The notes beneath the pieces are model-generated. The model was not told where the DNA came from, ran no database searches, and saw only the letters and a program-made list of their open reading frames with translations. 32,000 nt of DNA. It comes from Sedimentisphaera cyanobacteriorum (lineage in GTDB: Bacteria; Planctomycetota; Phycisphaerae; Sedimentisphaerales; Sedimentisphaeraceae). Shown one piece after another: positions 16,307 to 24,655 of the stretch. Both the position numbers and the translations under genes were made by a program. The stretch spans positions 300,001 through 332,000 of the forward strand of contig NZ_CP019633.1 of the NCBI RefSeq assembly GCF_001997385.1, written 5' to 3'. Position 1 is the first letter of the stretch, and the number at the start of each line of letters is the position of its first letter.

Positions 16307-17584
16307 ATGAAAATTGACAGAATATCATTAAGGAATTTCCGTCTTGCTTCTGAGGTCAATCTCGAGTTTGACAAGAGGCTCAATGTATTTGTCGGAGTGA
16401 ACGGCTCGGGCAAATCGACAATCCTTGATGCGCTCAGCCTTGCTCTTTCCTGGCTTGTAAGTAAAAGCAAAGCCGGCAAAAAAACAGGGCAGAAAATCGA
16501 CGAAACTGATATAAGATTTAATGAAAAAAGCTGTTCTATTTTGGCATACGCCCATCATGATAAAAAAACATTTAAGTGGCAGGTCAATAAGAGCAGAAAA
16601 GAAAATCTCAAAAACGAAATTTCTGAAATCAACCCATTGATTGACTGTTTCCAGAAGGAAGGTTCTTTCCCTGCTGTATGCTATTATCCCGTTGAGCGTT
16701 CTATAACCGAAAAGATTTCAGGTTCATTGAAGCCTGGTGTTTATCCGCCTGAGGTGATTAAATCCTCACTTTTAGGTAAGGTTGACTACAACCTTCTCTT
16801 CAACTGGATAAGAGAAAGGGAAGACTTGCTCAATCAGAAACTGGCAGAGGCATACCGCAAACACAGAAATAACCCCTCGCAAATGGAGATTGAGCCCGAT
16901 AGGCAATATGAGGCAGTAAAGAAAACCATAGAAACATTTGTGCCTGAGGTGTCTAATATAAAAGTTGATAGAGAAAGCTATTCTGCCGGCGGGGCTTCGC
17001 TGGTTATGGAAAAGGCGGGAGAAACGCTTTCTTTCGATCAGCTCTCCGGCGGTGAAAAGAATCTCATAGCCCTTGCTGGTGATATTGCAATGAGGCTTGT
17101 TAATTCAGCTCCTGAATGCAAAAATCCTCTCGAAAACGAGGGTATTATTCTTATAGATGAAATTGATTTACACTTGCATCCAAGCTGGCAGAGAACTGTT
17201 ATACCGAATCTGCTTGAAGCTTTCCCGAATTGCCAGTTTTTCATTTCAACACATTCCCCGCAGGTGATCAGCAACGTTAGAAAAACGAATCAGGTTTTCT
17301 GTTTGAGGCAGTTAGAGGACGGCCTTGAATCCAGCCACCCGGTTTCCGCAGGAAATGCTCCTTACGGAATGAGCATAGACAGGGTAGTTGAGCTCGTGAT
17401 GGATGATGAGGCGAGGCCGAAGGAGGTAAGCGAAAAACTAAGCAGTGTTTTCCGGCTTATCGAATGGAAAAAATTTGACCAAGCCAAAAGTATTCTCAAT
17501 GAACTGAAAAAAGATATGCCCTCCGAGGATCCGGAAATAATGAGAGCTGATACTCTTATTAGAATGGAGGAGATCAGGAATTGA
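16307..17584 (+). CDS. ABC/SMC-like AAA_15/AAA_21-type ATPase, Septu PtuA-like
   Basis: 425-aa ORF. Walker A is GVNGSGKST (aa 30-38). The ABC signature-like motif is LSGGEKNLIAL, Walker B/D-loop is ILIDEIDLHLHP, and the H-loop is ISTHSP. There is no TOPRIM or other nuclease domain. It is immediately followed by, and overlaps, an HNH gene. Confidence 0.75.
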   Translation: MKIDRISLRNFRLASEVNLEFDKRLNVFVGVNGSGKSTILDALSLALSWLVSKSKAGKKTGQKIDETDIRFNEKSCSILAYAHHDKKTFKWQVNKSRKENLKNEISEINPLIDCFQKEGSFPAVCYYPVERSITEKISGSLKPGVYPPEVIKSSLLGKVDYNLLFNWIREREDLLNQKLAEAYRKHRNNPSQMEIEPDRQYEAVKKTIETFVPEVSNIKVDRESYSAGGASLVMEKAGETLSFDQLSGGEKNLIALAGDIAMRLVNSAPECKNPLENEGIILIDEIDLHLHPSWQRTVIPNLLEAFPNCQFFISTHSPQVISNVRKTNQVFCLRQLEDGLESSHPVSAGNAPYGMSIDRVVELVMDDEARPKEVSEKLSSVFRLIEWKKFDQAKSILNELKKDMPSEDPEIMRADTLIRMEEIRN

Positions 17585-17601
17585 GGCATATCAGGAAAAA
17601 A

Positions 17602-18165
17602 ATGAGTCCTCAAGACTTCGAAAGATGGAAGCGGGGCAGCAGCAGCGCAAACTGGTCTGATTTTACGAAATTAGAGGAAATTTGCCGGAATTTAAAGAAT
17701 TCCCTTTCCCAAGAGCAGAAAGGGAATTGCTGCTATTGCGAGAAAAAAAACGATTGCCAAAACAGCAGGGATTCACATGTGGAGCATTTACTTCCCAGAA
17801 GTAAATACCCTCAAAAAACTTTCGCATACGATAATCTTCTGCTTTCCTGCAACTTTTCTGATTCGTGTGGATTCTCCAAAGGAAACACTTGTATTCCGGT
17901 AGCACCAACGGACCCTGACTGTGAAAAAAGGTTCACTTATACCGGCGACGGGCAGGTTATTCCGGCAGACCCTGAAGACAGCAATGCAGAAAAGACTATT
18001 AAAATACTCGGTCTGAACTCTAAGAGATTAATTGATAATAGAAGGAGTATAATCAGAGAATTGGCAAAAGCATGTCCTGATTATATTTCCAGTGCTGCGG
18101 AAAACTGCAATGAATGGTACAAAGGTTTTTATACAGTAATTAAATACGTTGAAAAGAAATTATAA
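17602..18165 (+). CDS. HNH-type endonuclease, TIGR02646/PtuB-like
   Basis: The track starts at TTG 17581, overlapping the ATPase stop (TTGA). ATG 17602, with AGGA 6 nt upstream, is the alternative I list. The Cys/His core is NCCYCEKK...[13 protein letters not shown]...[19 protein letters not shown]. Size, motif layout and pairing with an AAA_15/21 ATPase match Septu PtuB. Confidence 0.7.
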   Translation: MSPQDFERWKRGSSSANWSDFTKLEEICRNLKNSLSQEQKGNCCYCEKKNDCQNSRDSHVEHLLPRSKYPQKTFAYDNLLLSCNFSDSCGFSKGNTCIPVAPTDPDCEKRFTYTGDGQVIPADPEDSNAEKTIKILGLNSKRLIDNRRSIIRELAKACPDYISSAAENCNEWYKGFYTVIKYVEKKL

Positions 18166-18185
18166 CAAACAGCAAAGGCGCATAT

Positions 18186-19418
18186 ATGGATAATGTACTG
18201 AATTTCGTAATAGTAGGACACGTTGACCACGGAAAATCAACCCTCATCGGCAGGCTGCTCTACGATACCGATTCTCTCCAGCCTGATAAGATTGCCGAGA
18301 TGGAGAAGATGAGCAAATCCCGCGGGCGTGATGAGAATGAATTTGCATACCTGCTCGACCACCTCGAGGAAGAACGCAAGCAGGGCGTTACAATAGACAC
18401 AACGCAGGTTTTCTTCAGCACAGACCAGCGGCATTACGTTATCATAGATGCCCCAGGGCACGTTGAGTTTGTGAAGAATATGATCACTGGCGCATCTCAG
18501 GCCGAGGCGGCTGTATTGATTGTTGATGCCGCCGAGGGCGTTATGGAGCAGACAAAACGCCATTCGTATATGCTGAATATGCTCGGCCTTGAGCAGATAA
18601 TCACCGTTATTAACAAGATGGACCTCGTAGAATACAGTCAAGAGCGGTTTGAGCAGGTTCGAAGCGATGTGCAGGAGTTTCTCGCATCCATCGGGGCGAG
18701 CTCAGATATAACGATTCCGATAGCCGCTGCAAAAGGCGATAATATTGCTAAGCCTTCGGATAATATGCCTTGGCATAAAGGCCTTACCTTCCTCGAAAGC
18801 CTCGACAGCCTTAAAGGCAGGATACCGGCTGAGGATAAGAGCCTCATCTTCCCTGTGCAGGATGTTTACAAGGTGGATGAAAAGCGGATTAATGCAGGAC
18901 GCGTGGAGGCGGGCTGCGTGGAGCAGGGCGAGGCTGTAAAGGTGATTCCTTCGGGGCAGAAAACAAAGGTTCAGTCTGTGGAGAAGTTTCTCGAAGAGAC
19001 GGATAGGGCGTGCGCAGGCGAATCTATCGGCCTGACAACTGAAGATGCCCTCTTCCTCGACAGAGGCGATATCGTATGCAGAGAGGGCGGCGAGCCGGCT
19101 CTTGCAGACTGCTTCCGTGCGAGAATCTTCTGGATGACCAAACGCCCGCTCGATACATCCGAAAGGCTGTTTATACGCTGCGCAACCCAGCAGACACGCT
19201 GCAGTATAGATACCATAGAAAAACGCATCGACTCCTCCACCCTCAAGGTGCTCGAGGAAAACGGCACTAGACTCGAAAATCTCGAAGTGGGCGAGGTGGT
19301 GATTAAAACCAAGAAGGAAATCGCCTTCGACGACTTCAACAATACCCAGGAGATGGGCAGATTCGTGCTTGTGAAAGACGAAAATATCGTTGCAGGCGGA
19401 ATTATCACCGGCCGGTAG
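18186..19418 (+). CDS. cysN: Sulfate adenylyltransferase subunit 1 (GTPase), short form without an APS-kinase domain
   Basis: 410-aa ORF with EF-Tu-like G motifs: [23 protein letters not shown]. The CysN-type N-terminus is [13 protein letters not shown]. Confidence 0.92.
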   Translation: MDNVLNFVIVGHVDHGKSTLIGRLLYDTDSLQPDKIAEMEKMSKSRGRDENEFAYLLDHLEEERKQGVTIDTTQVFFSTDQRHYVIIDAPGHVEFVKNMITGASQAEAAVLIVDAAEGVMEQTKRHSYMLNMLGLEQIITVINKMDLVEYSQERFEQVRSDVQEFLASIGASSDITIPIAAAKGDNIAKPSDNMPWHKGLTFLESLDSLKGRIPAEDKSLIFPVQDVYKVDEKRINAGRVEAGCVEQGEAVKVIPSGQKTKVQSVEKFLEETDRACAGESIGLTTEDALFLDRGDIVCREGGEPALADCFRARIFWMTKRPLDTSERLFIRCATQQTRCSIDTIEKRIDSSTLKVLEENGTRLENLEVGEVVIKTKKEIAFDDFNNTQEMGRFVLVKDENIVAGGIITGR

Positions 19419-19607
19419 AAAGTAAAATGCGTTAGTATTTTAATATAGGTTTCTATTTTGTTTCCAGAGATGGCCACGGAAGAAAGCAGCGGCGGATTAC
19501 AAACTTACACAAGAGCGGAAGAAGGCTTTTTTGAGCAGTGGAGAATCAAACCCAAGGCCAAGGCACGTTTTGATATTCAAGAGAAGAATGCTTAAAGGAA
19601 CAGAAGC

Positions 19608-19913
19608 ATGACAATGAAAATTGACATACCGAAAGAAAAAATAGCGGAATTCTGCCGTCGAAACGGGATACGCCGGATGTCAGTGTTTGGCTCCGTGCTG
19701 CGTGATGATTTCTCAGGTGAAAGCGATGTCGATGTTTTGGTGGAGTTCGAGCCAGATGTGCATGTGGGGCTGGCGTTTTTCAGGATGGAAAAGGTGTTAT
19801 CGGATATATTTGAACGTAAGGTAGATTTGAATACGCCGGGTTTTTTGAGCAGAGATTTCCGTGAGGATGTAATCAGAGAAGCAGAGGTGTTATATGACGC
19901 AGTGCAAGGATAA
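19608..19913 (+). CDS. mntA: MntA-type minimal nucleotidyltransferase (antitoxin of a HEPN/MNT module)
   Basis: 101-aa ORF. GSVLRDDFSGESDVDVLVEF is the GSx(n)DxD Pol-beta-superfamily NTase motif. It overlaps the downstream HEPN gene by 20 nt. Confidence 0.85.
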   Translation: MTMKIDIPKEKIAEFCRRNGIRRMSVFGSVLRDDFSGESDVDVLVEFEPDVHVGLAFFRMEKVLSDIFERKVDLNTPGFLSRDFREDVIREAEVLYDAVQG

Positions 19914-20241
19914 TATTAAATTACGGCATATGCTCGAACATTCCAGAGAAGCGGTGAAACTGGCTGAAGGTAAAAGCAGGAAAGACCTTGACAGCGACCG
20001 GAAAATGGAACTGGCGTTGACGCGATTAGTGGAGATTATCGGCGAAGCTGCGGCAAGGGTATCAAATCAAACGCAGAATGGGTATTCTGAAATTCCGTGG
20101 TCAGAGATTATTGGTTTGCGTAACCGGCTTATACACGGCTACGATGCGGTTGACATGGATATCCTGTGGGAAATTATTCAAGTTGATTTGCCGGGGCTGA
20201 TCGCAGATTTAGATATAATCATCAAGGAGTTAAGGGAATAG
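19894..20241 (+). CDS. hepT: HepT-type HEPN (DUF86) RNase toxin
   Basis: 115-aa ORF. The Rx4H motif is GLRNRLIHGYDAVDMDILWEII, typical of DUF86/HepT. Confidence 0.85.
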   Translation: MTQCKDNIKLRHMLEHSREAVKLAEGKSRKDLDSDRKMELALTRLVEIIGEAAARVSNQTQNGYSEIPWSEIIGLRNRLIHGYDAVDMDILWEIIQVDLPGLIADLDIIIKELRE

Positions 20242-20497
20242 CCAAGAAAGGTGAAAATCAGTAAGTGAAGCTAATGAAAAGGGTTTCGCGCTGCCTTAAT
20301 CGTATTGCTTCGGCGCTTTCAGGTGGGCAACGAATTTATGCGCGGAGAGGCATATATTTTTTTGATTCCGGCTACATACTATAAATCTTAAAATAGCAGT
20401 TTTTTATTTAATTTGGCTATCTGCGAAGAAGCGGGGCGGTTTAAATCTCTTCGAGAGGCACAAGTACAGATTAAATCAAGTTCGTTTAAAAAAGAGT

Positions 20498-20530
20498 GGG
20501 CAGACCGTTGCGGTCTGCCCTCGCGTTTTT
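20498..20530. terminator. Bidirectional intrinsic terminator (downstream of tRNA-Leu on the minus strand; also faces hepT)
   Basis: GGGCAGACCG (20498-20507) pairs with CGGTCTGCCC (20511-20520), a 10-bp GC-rich stem. An A-run lies upstream (AAAAAAGAGT) and TCGCGTTTTT lies downstream, so a T-run follows the stem on both strands. Confidence 0.7.
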
Positions 20531-20576
20531 AAGGAGGCTTTGTGTTGGTTGTTGTTATGTGTTTTTTAAGGAGAAT

Positions 20577-20661
20577 TGCGGATGAGAGGACTCGAACCTC
20601 CACGGGCGTATTGCCCATTAGCACCTGAAGCTAACGCGTCTGCCAATTCCGCCACATCCGC
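20577..20661 (-). tRNA. tRNA-Leu (anticodon CAG), type II with a long variable arm
   Basis: Minus strand: GCGGATG TG GCGG AATTGGCAGA CGC G TTAGC TTCAGGT GCTAA TGGGCAATACGCCCGT GGAGG TTCGAGT CCTCT CATCCGC A. The acceptor stem (7 bp), anticodon stem (5 bp) and variable-arm stem GGGC/GCCC all pair, and the T-loop is TTCGAGT. CCA is not encoded. Confidence 0.93.
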
Positions 20662-20673
20662 GGGAAGACGCAG

Positions 20674-20701
20674 ATAATATTGAATCGGCAAAAAAAGTCA
20701 A
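20674..20701 (-). promoter_or_regulatory. Sigma70-like promoter candidate for tRNA-Leu
   Basis: Minus strand: TTGACT (20701..20696), 16-nt spacer, TATTAT (20679..20674), about 12 nt upstream of the mature tRNA 5' end. Confidence 0.45.
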
Positions 20702-20971
20702 GCCGTTTTCTTAAGAACAGCTTTGCGTTTAGCTCCCGCATCCACTGATTGTTTAACAGGAAAAAGTTTTGACGTACAAAAACCATTCCCTCTAAAACAA
20801 TTGTTATGATATTAAGTTTTTTAAAGAGGTCAAGAGAAAAAGCGAAAAATTTTGAAAATTTTTATTTAGCTTTAATTCTCATTAAACCGTTTTACTGCAA
20901 TACTTTACGGGCAAGTCTTTCTTAGGTTCTTAAGGTTTTTGAAAATATTGAAAAAAGTTTTCAAATAAACA

Positions 20972-21008
20972 CAAAAAAAGCGGCTCGGGAATTAGATCCT
21001 GAGCCGCT
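20972..21008 (-). terminator. Rho-independent terminator after the PPIase gene
   Basis: AGCGGCTCGGG (20979-20989) pairs with CCTGAGCCGCT (20998-21008), 11 bp including one G-U. On the minus strand it is followed by TTTTTTT (plus-strand A-run 20972-20978). Confidence 0.75.
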
Positions 21009-21034
21009 TTTGGTCTTTTAATTAATCTGAGCGT

Positions 21035-22066
21035 TTATTCTTCGATTTTCAGCTCAGTGCCTTCAGACTGTTTTTTCGCCTCTTTTTCTTCCGGCTTGAA
21101 TACATCTGAGTAGCGGATTGTGGCTGCCTGCATCATATTTTCACGGATTTTGTCAGCCGCCTTGCCCATCTTCTGATTGACAAGCTGCTCGCGTATTTTC
21201 TCTTTCTGGTCTTCAAATACAGCCTCTTTGGCTTCTTTTTTGTCCGTAACGAGGATGATATGGTATCCGAATTTAGTCTTTACCACATCAGACACTTCGC
21301 CTACTTCAAGATTGAAAGCTGCATCCTCAAACGCTCCTACCATTCTTCCGCGTGAGAAGAAGCCGAGGTCCCCGCCGCGCTCAGAACTGGGGCAGTCCGA
21401 GTTTTCTTTAGCTATAGCTGCAAAGTCGCCGCCGTCATTGATTTTCTTAAGAAGTTCCTCAGCCTTTTCCTTAGCTGCCTGCTGGTCTTCTTTACTCTCG
21501 GTTTTGATGAGTATGTGGCTTGCTTTAACCTGCTTAGGACTTGCGAGCTTTTCTTTGTTCGAGTCGAAATACTCTTTTACATCTTTATCTGATACCTTTA
21601 CATCATCCGAAGAGAGCTTATTGATGATCTTTTCGAATTCGAGGCTCCTGCGCACCTGATCGAGCAGTTCGCCGTAATCCTTGCCGGCGTCTTTAATCAT
21701 CTTTTTATACTGCTCAAGAGTGATGTCTTTAGAAGAAATCATATCTTTTACTTCCTTCTCGCATCTCTCATCGCTTACGGATATACCCATTTCTTCTGCC
21801 TTCTGAGAAACGAGCTCGCCGAAGATGATGGTATCAAGAACGCGCTTTTTGATTTTTGTCGCTTGAGATTCGCGCATCTGCTTGGGATATCTGCTCAGAG
21901 TCATCTCTGCAAGGCTGTCAACCTTTTCCATCCCGATCTTTTCACCGTTGACGATTGCCGCTACGCCGCTGAGGTCTTTTGTTTCTGATTGTTTGTCCGC
22001 CTCTTCCGCTGATGCGAAAGTTACAGTTAACAGGGTTACTATTAACAAAGATTTGATAAGTTTCAT
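21035..22066 (-). CDS. Parvulin-type peptidyl-prolyl cis-trans isomerase (SurA/PrsA-like), secreted
   Basis: The rotamase domain is ASHILIK...GGDLGFFSRGRMVGAFEDAAF...KTKFGYHIILV. I prefer the start at M21 of the track ORF (22066), which gives the signal peptide MKLIKSLLIVTLLTVTFASA and has AAGGA upstream. Confidence 0.85.
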   Translation of the reverse strand: MKLIKSLLIVTLLTVTFASAEEADKQSETKDLSGVAAIVNGEKIGMEKVDSLAEMTLSRYPKQMRESQATKIKKRVLDTIIFGELVSQKAEEMGISVSDERCEKEVKDMISSKDITLEQYKKMIKDAGKDYGELLDQVRRSLEFEKIINKLSSDDVKVSDKDVKEYFDSNKEKLASPKQVKASHILIKTESKEDQQAAKEKAEELLKKINDGGDFAAIAKENSDCPSSERGGDLGFFSRGRMVGAFEDAAFNLEVGEVSDVVKTKFGYHIILVTDKKEAKEAVFEDQKEKIREQLVNQKMGKAADKIRENMMQAATIRYSDVFKPEEKEAKKQSEGTELKIEE

Positions 22067-22163
22067 TTTTTTCCTTTCAAGATTTTTCCTAATTTTAAGA
22101 ACACTGCCTTCAATTGTGAACATCAACTTCTATAAATCAAGTGATTTTAAAATTTGATTCAAA

Positions 22164-22898
22164 CTATTTTACTGCTGCAATTGATATAAAATTAAAACAC
22201 TTAAACCACAGATAGATCTGAGAGTATCCAGCTTCAGACAGCCTGCTGAAATGTTTTTTTGTTGAGTCTGGTAATAGTACATTCTCAAGGGCTCTACGCT
22301 TCTGGCTTATCTCAAGTTCGCTGTAGCCGTTGAGACTTTTAAATTTATGGTGCATTTTTACCTGAAAGTCCTGCTCCTGCTTATCTTCATACCTGATCTT
22401 CTCGGATAGAAGCAGCATCCCTCCCGGGCGGGTGTTAGAAGCGATCCTCTTTACGATTTCATCCCGATTTTCGGGGCTGAGAAACTGCAAAGTGAAATTC
22501 ATTGCGCAGAGCGAACAGTTTTCGATTTCGGTATCGAGGATGTCTTCGCAGCGGACATCAATTTCCACATTGCTCGGGTCCTGCTCTACCATCTGCCTGC
22601 ACCGGGCAGCCATAGCCTCTGAATTATCCACAGCGATTATCCTGCATCCAGTTTTATGCTCTAATCCTCTTCGCATGGCAATAGCTGATGCCCCGAGCGA
22701 GCAGCCCAAATCGTAACACACGGCCCCGTCTTCTGCAACCTGCTCGGCAAAAACTTTCGTCATAGCGGCAACCGTTGCATATCCGGGCACGCTTCTGCGG
22801 ATCATATCGTCAAAAACGCTCACCACGTCCTTATCGAACACGAAATCCGCCACCTTCTCGCGGTACTCTGAGTATATTGAATCTTTCATTTGCCTCAT
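22164..22898 (-). CDS. cmoA: Carboxy-S-adenosyl-L-methionine synthase
   Basis: 244-aa ORF that aligns end to end, by eye, with my memory of E. coli CmoA: FDDMIRRSVPGY, YDLGCSLGA, NFTLQFL, GYSELEISQKR, and C-terminal WFKCFNF. Confidence 0.88.
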   Translation of the reverse strand: MRQMKDSIYSEYREKVADFVFDKDVVSVFDDMIRRSVPGYATVAAMTKVFAEQVAEDGAVCYDLGCSLGASAIAMRRGLEHKTGCRIIAVDNSEAMAARCRQMVEQDPSNVEIDVRCEDILDTEIENCSLCAMNFTLQFLSPENRDEIVKRIASNTRPGGMLLLSEKIRYEDKQEQDFQVKMHHKFKSLNGYSELEISQKRRALENVLLPDSTKKHFSRLSEAGYSQIYLWFKCFNFISIAAVK

Positions 22899-22908
22899 TA
22901 GTTATATT

Positions 22909-24600
22909 TTAAGCGGAGCATTCCGGGCAGGTCTCGCCGTGGTCGGCGTGCTCTCTGCACTTAATCACCTCAGCAGAGATTTTCTTGTTAGCGAGGCGAA
23001 TGTCAAACAGTCCCTTGATTTTATCGCTGCCGTCTTCAATAACGCAAGCATACTCAAGGTTGTACGAACGGAAATACCGCATTGCTTCCTCAAGCTCCAT
23101 ATCGGGGCTTATATGGTCTTCTATCGGCTTCATAATATCGCATGCGAGAAGCCAGCTTGCGGTGTCTCGGTATTTTAGTGTTTCTTTTATGCCCTCAATA
23201 GACATAGAGCCTATAACCTTCCCGGAATCTTCAACTACCGGGTAGTAGGTGAAGTCGTTTTCTGAAAAGATCCTTAAAACCTCATCAAGAGTTTGGGAAG
23301 CGTGTATTGTTACAGGACTTTCAATCATAACATCCCGCACCTTGTACTTCTTTATCAAATCATCTTCAGTTACGTTGAGGCCTATCTCGCCGGCCTTCTT
23401 AACTGCATACTTCACAGAAACCGGCCCGAGAAGCTGAACGAAAAGGGTAGTAGCAGTTACCACAAGCACAATCATCTGTGCAATTTCCGGCTGGTCGGCG
23501 AATTTGTGGCTCGCCATAATACTCAAACCTACAGCAACGCCGCCCTGAGCAAAGAGGCAGCAGCCCAGATACTTCTTTACCACAGCCCTTGCGCCTGAAA
23601 TCTTGGCTCCAATAAAGGCCCCGCCCATCTTTCCGAGGCTCCTGAAAACCACGTATCCAGCAGCTATAGCGAGTGCTGCGCCTTTTAGCCCCTGTATTTC
23701 GATTCCCGCTCCAACGAATACAAAGAAAAGTATGTATATAGGCGGGCTGAATTTCTGGATCATTGAAAATGTCTGTGAGCTGAGCCTTGGGGCGATGTTC
23801 ACAATCGTGAGCCCGAGGCACATTGAGGAGAGTATTACATCGAAATGAAGGGCTATGCTCAGCCCGATTGTAAGCAGTACAGAGCCTACGGCAAATGTGA
23901 GCATACTGTCTGTGTCGTTTGTTCGCTTCAGGATCCACTGCAAAATGAATCCGCCTGCAACGCCCAGCACAATCGCTCCGCCCAGCTCATAAACAGCGCT
24001 CAGCAGCGAAGTGATTACCCCGCCTTCAGCCCCGCCTGCGATAATCCCAGCTACGCTTGTCCCGATCCCGTAGAGCGTCAGCGCTAAGGCATCGTCCAGA
24101 GCCACTATCGCTGTAGCGGCGGTTGTGAGAACGCCTCGGGTTTTGTATTCCCACAGCACCTGTATCGTAGAGGCTGGATCTGTGGCAGAGGAAATCGCTC
24201 CAAGTACAAGGCCTAAAGCAGAGGCCATCTGGAGATCTTTTGTGAACAGGTAGTATATCCCGCCGCTCGCAGCTCCTACCAGCAGAAAGGCAGTTATGCC
24301 TTCTCCCAATAGGATGCTCATAAACTGCTTGCCGTACTTCTTGAAAATCTCGCTCTTGAGCTCGCCGCCTATCATAAAACCGATTATCCCAAGGGCGAAA
24401 AAATTAAGCGGCTCAAGGGTTTTTATCGTTTCTGCGGAGATTATCTTAAGCCCGCTCTCTCCGATTATAGCGCCAATCACAATGTACCCTATTACCTGAG
24501 GTACGTTAAGACGCTGAAAGAGCTTGGCTCCGAGTATTCCGCCGAATACTACGACTCCCATCATTAATACAACGTTTAGGTGTTGAATATCTATAGGCAT
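22909..24600 (-). CDS. CPA2-type cation/proton antiporter with a C-terminal CBS pair
   Basis: 563-aa ORF. About 400 aa are a polytopic Na+/H+-exchanger-like membrane domain. These are followed by two CBS-like repeats (VRDVMIESPVTIHASQTLDEV...; ACDIMKPIEDHISPDMELEEA...). The tail is Cys/His-rich (KCREHADHGETCPECSA). The stop lies 10 nt from the cmoA start. Confidence 0.8.
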   Translation of the reverse strand: MPIDIQHLNVVLMMGVVVFGGILGAKLFQRLNVPQVIGYIVIGAIIGESGLKIISAETIKTLEPLNFFALGIIGFMIGGELKSEIFKKYGKQFMSILLGEGITAFLLVGAASGGIYYLFTKDLQMASALGLVLGAISSATDPASTIQVLWEYKTRGVLTTAATAIVALDDALALTLYGIGTSVAGIIAGGAEGGVITSLLSAVYELGGAIVLGVAGGFILQWILKRTNDTDSMLTFAVGSVLLTIGLSIALHFDVILSSMCLGLTIVNIAPRLSSQTFSMIQKFSPPIYILFFVFVGAGIEIQGLKGAALAIAAGYVVFRSLGKMGGAFIGAKISGARAVVKKYLGCCLFAQGGVAVGLSIMASHKFADQPEIAQMIVLVVTATTLFVQLLGPVSVKYAVKKAGEIGLNVTEDDLIKKYKVRDVMIESPVTIHASQTLDEVLRIFSENDFTYYPVVEDSGKVIGSMSIEGIKETLKYRDTASWLLACDIMKPIEDHISPDMELEEAMRYFRSYNLEYACVIEDGSDKIKGLFDIRLANKKISAEVIKCREHADHGETCPECSA

Positions 24601-24655
24601 TTTATTCCCTGCATTGCGGGTTTGTTTTAACTGTTAATTGTGAGTATAATTAAAT

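Noticed and set aside
19470-19595. 41-aa ORF (MATEESSGGLQTYTRAEEGFFEQWRIKPKAKARFDIQEKNA) between cysN and mntA.
   Set aside because: It has no clear RBS and no motif I recognise. It could be a gene remnant or a chance ORF, and the evidence is too thin to call it a feature.
20274-20366. 30-aa ORF (MKRVSRCLNRIASALSGGQRIYARRGIYFF) downstream of hepT.
   Set aside because: It has no transmembrane or toxin-like character, no RBS and no conservation evidence available. It is probably chance.
20941-20970. A/T-only inverted repeat TTTGAAAA...TTTTCAAA, plus the nearby AAAAATTTTGAAAATTTTT palindromes (20850-20875).
   Set aside because: These are low-complexity A/T sequence in an A/T-rich spacer. Such short dyads are expected by chance there.
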